Positions 60,450 to 64,000 of a stretch of DNA of 64,000 nt are shown one piece after another. The DNA is taken from positions 1 to 64,000 of IMG/VR virus record IMGVR_UViG_3300033120_000868. One strand, 5' to 3'. This stretch comes from a virus. Lineage: Duplodnaviria; Caudoviricetes. The notes beneath the pieces are model-generated. The model ran no database searches, was not told where the DNA came from, and saw nothing but the letters and a program-made list of their open reading frames with translations. A program made the translations under genes and the position numbers. Position 1 is the first letter of the stretch; each line of letters begins with the position of its first letter.

Positions 60450-61318
60450 CAAGAAAAGAACTTATAGCTGAAATACTAACAGAAGTTAGACAGTATGATG
60501 AATCTAACTTAGTGGATTACAGAAGTTTATCTCGCTGGATAAAGAATGAGATTAAGAGGTTTGGAGTTAATATTATGACTTTAACGGAATCTTATATTCC
60601 TGTAGAAAATGGTAAGGCAACTTTACCTGAAGCTTTTTATCAACTAAAAAAAGCTATGCAGTGTAAGGCTCAGTCTTATTATGTAGATGAAGGTTGTAGA
60701 CAAGGTATATTAGAGTCAAACACTTGGAGAGTAAGAACAGAGAAGTTGGTTGAGTGGGATAATATGTCCAATCAAAGTGATTTTAAATGTGTAGAAGAAA
60801 AAGTAGTTTTTGGCAACTGTCATGGTATTATTAGATATACACCTCCTGTAATGGTTAAGTTAAAGAACGGTAAGCGAAATATTAGTTGTGCAGGAGATTG
60901 TACTAATTTAGGTGTTCAGAGTTCACCTTATGAAATAAGTATCTCTAAAGACACAATATACACTAATTTTAACGAAGGAACACTTTATTTAGAATATTAC
61001 GCAATACCAACAGACGAGGAAGGAGATTTATTAATTTCTGATAACAGAAACGTGCAAGAGTATTTGATAGCTTATTGTGTTAAAAAAATCATTCAACAAA
61101 TTTGGACAAACGATGATGATACAAATTTAGCTAATAAAATGAGTTTCTACATAGCAGAAGAAAGTAGACTATTTGCTTTAGCTATGACCTCTGTAAAAAT
61201 GGAAGCTTTGGCTAGTTCTGATTGGGACACAAAATTAAAACAGAAAAACGCAAGAGAAACAAACAGATATGAAAAAATGTTTCCTCAAGTAAACCCAAAC
61301 AATAGATGGAGAAGATAA
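60446..61318 (+). CDS. putative tail tubular / ring protein
   Basis: I.V.NGKA.LP..F..L and IYTNF.EG.LYL.YYA.PTD..G..LI motifs. Confidence 0.6.
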   Translation: MTRKELIAEILTEVRQYDESNLVDYRSLSRWIKNEIKRFGVNIMTLTESYIPVENGKATLPEAFYQLKKAMQCKAQSYYVDEGCRQGILESNTWRVRTEKLVEWDNMSNQSDFKCVEEKVVFGNCHGIIRYTPPVMVKLKNGKRNISCAGDCTNLGVQSSPYEISISKDTIYTNFNEGTLYLEYYAIPTDEEGDLLISDNRNVQEYLIAYCVKKIIQQIWTNDDDTNLANKMSFYIAEESRLFALAMTSVKMEALASSDWDTKLKQKNARETNRYEKMFPQVNPNNRWRR

Positions 61319-64000
61319 AAATTACACCTGCCTTTGCTAAAAGTGGAATGGATAAAGACACACATCCTTCACTATTAGATGAAGCTAAATATACCCACGC
61401 AAAAAATGCTAATATAGAGAACGAAAGCGGAGGTCTAATGAACCTTTCAACTGAGCATTCAAATATATTAGCAAGTAAATTTAAAGAAGGTTTTAGAGTA
61501 ATTCACGCTCAAAACGATATTAATTCAAATAATACGTACTTCTTTTTAGTAAACCCTACAACAGGAACAGGAGAGTTTGGAGTAATAGAAAACACTCAAA
61601 ACATTTTAGATTTAGAAGATTTAACAGTTGATTGTAACAATTGTAATTATATAAACGAATTATCTACTCCTTTAGAAAATATTAGTCAAACATCTTTACA
61701 ATCTTATACAACTTTAATATCAGATGCGTGTAAAACAGATAAAACAGAAGGTTTTAACTTTAATATTTTAAACCCTATAAAAACATCTGTAATAAAAAAT
61801 GAAAAGTTAGGTACAACTATATATTTCTCTCAAAAAGGAAATCCTCCAAGATATATAAATATAAGTAGAATAAGTGATTATTTTACTCAAGAAGTTATCT
61901 GTGGAGATGATATAACTTTGACATGTCCTGATTTTGAAAAAATGCTTATTTTTGAACCTCACTCTATACCTAAAATAGAAACCTCTTCTATTGAATTAGG
62001 AGGAAATTTAAAAAGAGGTATTTATGAATTTGCAGTAGCTTTATGTGATTCCGCTGGTAATGTTAGGTCAGAGTACTATAGTAATACAATACCTACACCT
62101 ATATTTGACCAAAATGAAAGAATCTTAGAACAGTCACAATTAGCAGATAGAACAAATTTTAGTATTAAACTAAAAGTATCTAATTTAGATACAAGATTTA
62201 CGCACTATAAAGTAGCTGTAATCCAAACAGCCGATATAGAAGGAGCTGTAAGTTATTATGAAGTAGGGGTGTTTCCAATATCTACAGACACTATAACCTA
62301 CACAACAGAGCAAGGTAAAAAGTCGACTAGTATAGATGAAATAGCAAGACCATATTTATTTATAGAAGAAGCTGAAAATGTAACGACAGCTAACAATATT
62401 TTATATCAATATGGTTTGAAACAAAAAGCTTTCTTAAATTTACAACCAGTAGTTAATTTTATGGGGGAGTTTTTTAAGTGGCAAACACATATAGCTCCTG
62501 AAAATATTTATGAAAATGGAGTACTAGCATCTAAGTTTACTGGATATCAAAGAGATGAAGTTTATCCTTTAGGTATAAGATTTTTATTAGATGGAGGTAT
62601 TGTTACACCAACATACCCTTTAATAGGGAGACAAATAAAAACAGGTGAGAATGCAGTTATTAATAATGCGGATTCACAATCTATTGTAGATAATAAAACA
62701 GCTTGTATAACAAATGGCAGAGATAAAAGATGGCAACTGTATAACACAGCTACAGTTGACGAAGGTTTTTGTGTATCAGATATAGAAACTACAGAAATAA
62801 CAGAAGAAACAGTTAGATTTTGTGAAGTAGACGATGTAGCTACAGTTAGTTCAGGAACTTTCTCTATAACATTAAATCAACCTTTTACTACTTTTGAAGA
62901 TTATATTAATGACCAAAATAATAGAGATAATTGCGTTGACACTTTACCTACAGAAATATGCTCAGTTTTAGCTGATGACTATTCTTCATACACATGCCCT
63001 GATTTATTTATTGATTTAGATTGTACGGAAGGAGTTTTAGTAGAAGGTTCTGAACAAATATTAGCTACAGAGGTTTTAAACGAAGTAGTAACAAGAGTGC
63101 AAAAGGAGTTTCCGTCAGAGTATGTGAAACTAATACCTCCACAGAATTGTAGTATTTATTACAGAGATGAGAGTAATAATAAAGTGTCTGACAATACATT
63201 TGAGAGTCAATATGATTTTAGTAGTATATGGCAAAGAAATTCAGATATTATTAATGAAGATTGCTCTTACGCTAAAGAAATTTTACAAAATAGCAACACT
63301 TCTTCAGCTACTTATGAGGCAAACTATTTTAATTATGAAGGTTCATCTGATATAGATGATTTAATAACAAGTAAAGATTCTTACGTTACAGCAACAAATT
63401 TTAATACTAAAATACATGAAAAATCTTTATGGTTTAGTTTACCTGTTACAGAAGAAGAATTTATTTTAGATATTACAAAGCAAAAAGACGACAGTTCTGC
63501 TAACGACAGTTTTGACTTACTATCACAAGATGTAAGGTTTAATATACTTAAATCTTGTACATCAACAGCTTCTATTTTTTCAACTATTGTTGACATGAAT
63601 AGTGGAAGCCAAATATTATTTAAAAGAAGTGGTTCTGATTTAATAGTACAAGTTGATTCAAACACGCCTGTAACAATAGTAGGAGGATGGAGTTCTTCCC
63701 AATATATAATTGTAGCAGAGTCTAAATTACTGACTAAATCAATAAATATAGGAACAGAAATAGACCCTGTTTTAGTTACAAGATATGTGATAGCTCCCAC
63801 AAAAGGGTGTTTTTCAATAAGCAAAAGACCTGTAGAAGATAAAAGAGTAGATATAACTTGGGATAATATAACATTCAAAAAAATAGCTTCTTACTCAGCA
63901 ACCTGTACTTATGAACAACCTATAGTATCTGCATGTAATGCTATACCTTATAAGAAAGGAGACTTTTCATATTGGGAGAGCGAAGAAGTTTATCCTGATA
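61306..64000 (+). CDS. large tail muzzle / stabilisation-like protein (partial, runs off window; not in ORF track)
   Basis: MEKIKITPAFAKSGMDKDTHPSLL..KYTHAKNANIE; GG.L..G.Y.FAVA and GYQRDEVYPLGI motifs; frame appears open to the window end. Confidence 0.75.
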   Translation, partial: MEKIKITPAFAKSGMDKDTHPSLLDEAKYTHAKNANIENESGGLMNLSTEHSNILASKFKEGFRVIHAQNDINSNNTYFFLVNPTTGTGEFGVIENTQNILDLEDLTVDCNNCNYINELSTPLENISQTSLQSYTTLISDACKTDKTEGFNFNILNPIKTSVIKNEKLGTTIYFSQKGNPPRYINISRISDYFTQEVICGDDITLTCPDFEKMLIFEPHSIPKIETSSIELGGNLKRGIYEFAVALCDSAGNVRSEYYSNTIPTPIFDQNERILEQSQLADRTNFSIKLKVSNLDTRFTHYKVAVIQTADIEGAVSYYEVGVFPISTDTITYTTEQGKKSTSIDEIARPYLFIEEAENVTTANNILYQYGLKQKAFLNLQPVVNFMGEFFKWQTHIAPENIYENGVLASKFTGYQRDEVYPLGIRFLLDGGIVTPTYPLIGRQIKTGENAVINNADSQSIVDNKTACITNGRDKRWQLYNTATVDEGFCVSDIETTEITEETVRFCEVDDVATVSSGTFSITLNQPFTTFEDYINDQNNRDNCVDTLPTEICSVLADDYSSYTCPDLFIDLDCTEGVLVEGSEQILATEVLNEVVTRVQKEFPSEYVKLIPPQNCSIYYRDESNNKVSDNTFESQYDFSSIWQRNSDIINEDCSYAKEILQNSNTSSATYEANYFNYEGSSDIDDLITSKDSYVTATNFNTKIHEKSLWFSLPVTEEEFILDITKQKDDSSANDSFDLLSQDVRFNILKSCTSTASIFSTIVDMNSGSQILFKRSGSDLIVQVDSNTPVTIVGGWSSSQYIIVAESKLLTKSINIGTEIDPVLVTRYVIAPTKGCFSISKRPVEDKRVDITWDNITFKKIASYSATCTYEQPIVSACNAIPYKKGDFSYWESEEVYPD

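Noticed and set aside
36474-63878. Minus-strand and short alternate-frame ORFs in the structural region (e.g. 40836, 42766, 47690, 56831, 63167, 63381)
   Set aside because: They lie inside long plus-strand genes, including the open muzzle-like frame from 61306.
1-64000. Stop-codon reassignment, an integrase, or a reverse transcriptase/DGR
   Set aside because: Long genes are intact in the standard code with dense packing; no tyrosine-recombinase or RT motifs were recognised in any ORF of this window.

Overview
This is a very AT-rich segment of a large lytic dsDNA phage of Bacteroidota, probably Flavobacteriaceae. The host call rests on more than 20 Bacteroidota-type TTTG-N19-21-TAnnTTTG promoters and A/T-rich leaders without Shine-Dalgarno motifs. 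Positions 1 to ~34.9 kb are almost all minus-strand. They hold a dense block of small early-type genes, DenV, an HNH-like endonuclease, GroEL/GroES, SSB, a DUF5664-like nucleotide hydrolase, PhoH, GIY-YIG, RecA, NinG, a truncated HisRS, RNase H, a wHTH protein, tRNA-Gln and candidate ncRNAs. From ~35 kb everything is plus-strand: a morphogenesis block in a crAss-like gene order (TerL, portal, scaffold-like protein, MCP, ring proteins, HU/IHF-like proteins, fibres, lysis genes and a muzzle-like gene running off the end). The most striking features not explained by the ORFs are five. (1) Two arrays of integron attC-like hairpin sites whose flanking arms show the reciprocal-complementarity signature of captured gene cassettes, with no integrase in the window. 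(2) A ~30-bp dispersed motif (T-tract, CG-rich core, AAAAAGAWTAARAACRG) found between and inside genes. (3) Fur-box-like palindromes next to early promoters. (4) Recurrent pseudoknot leaders. (5) A GIY-YIG gene that displaced and replaced the 5' end of its target gene. All calls come from reading motifs by eye; no database searches or computations were run.
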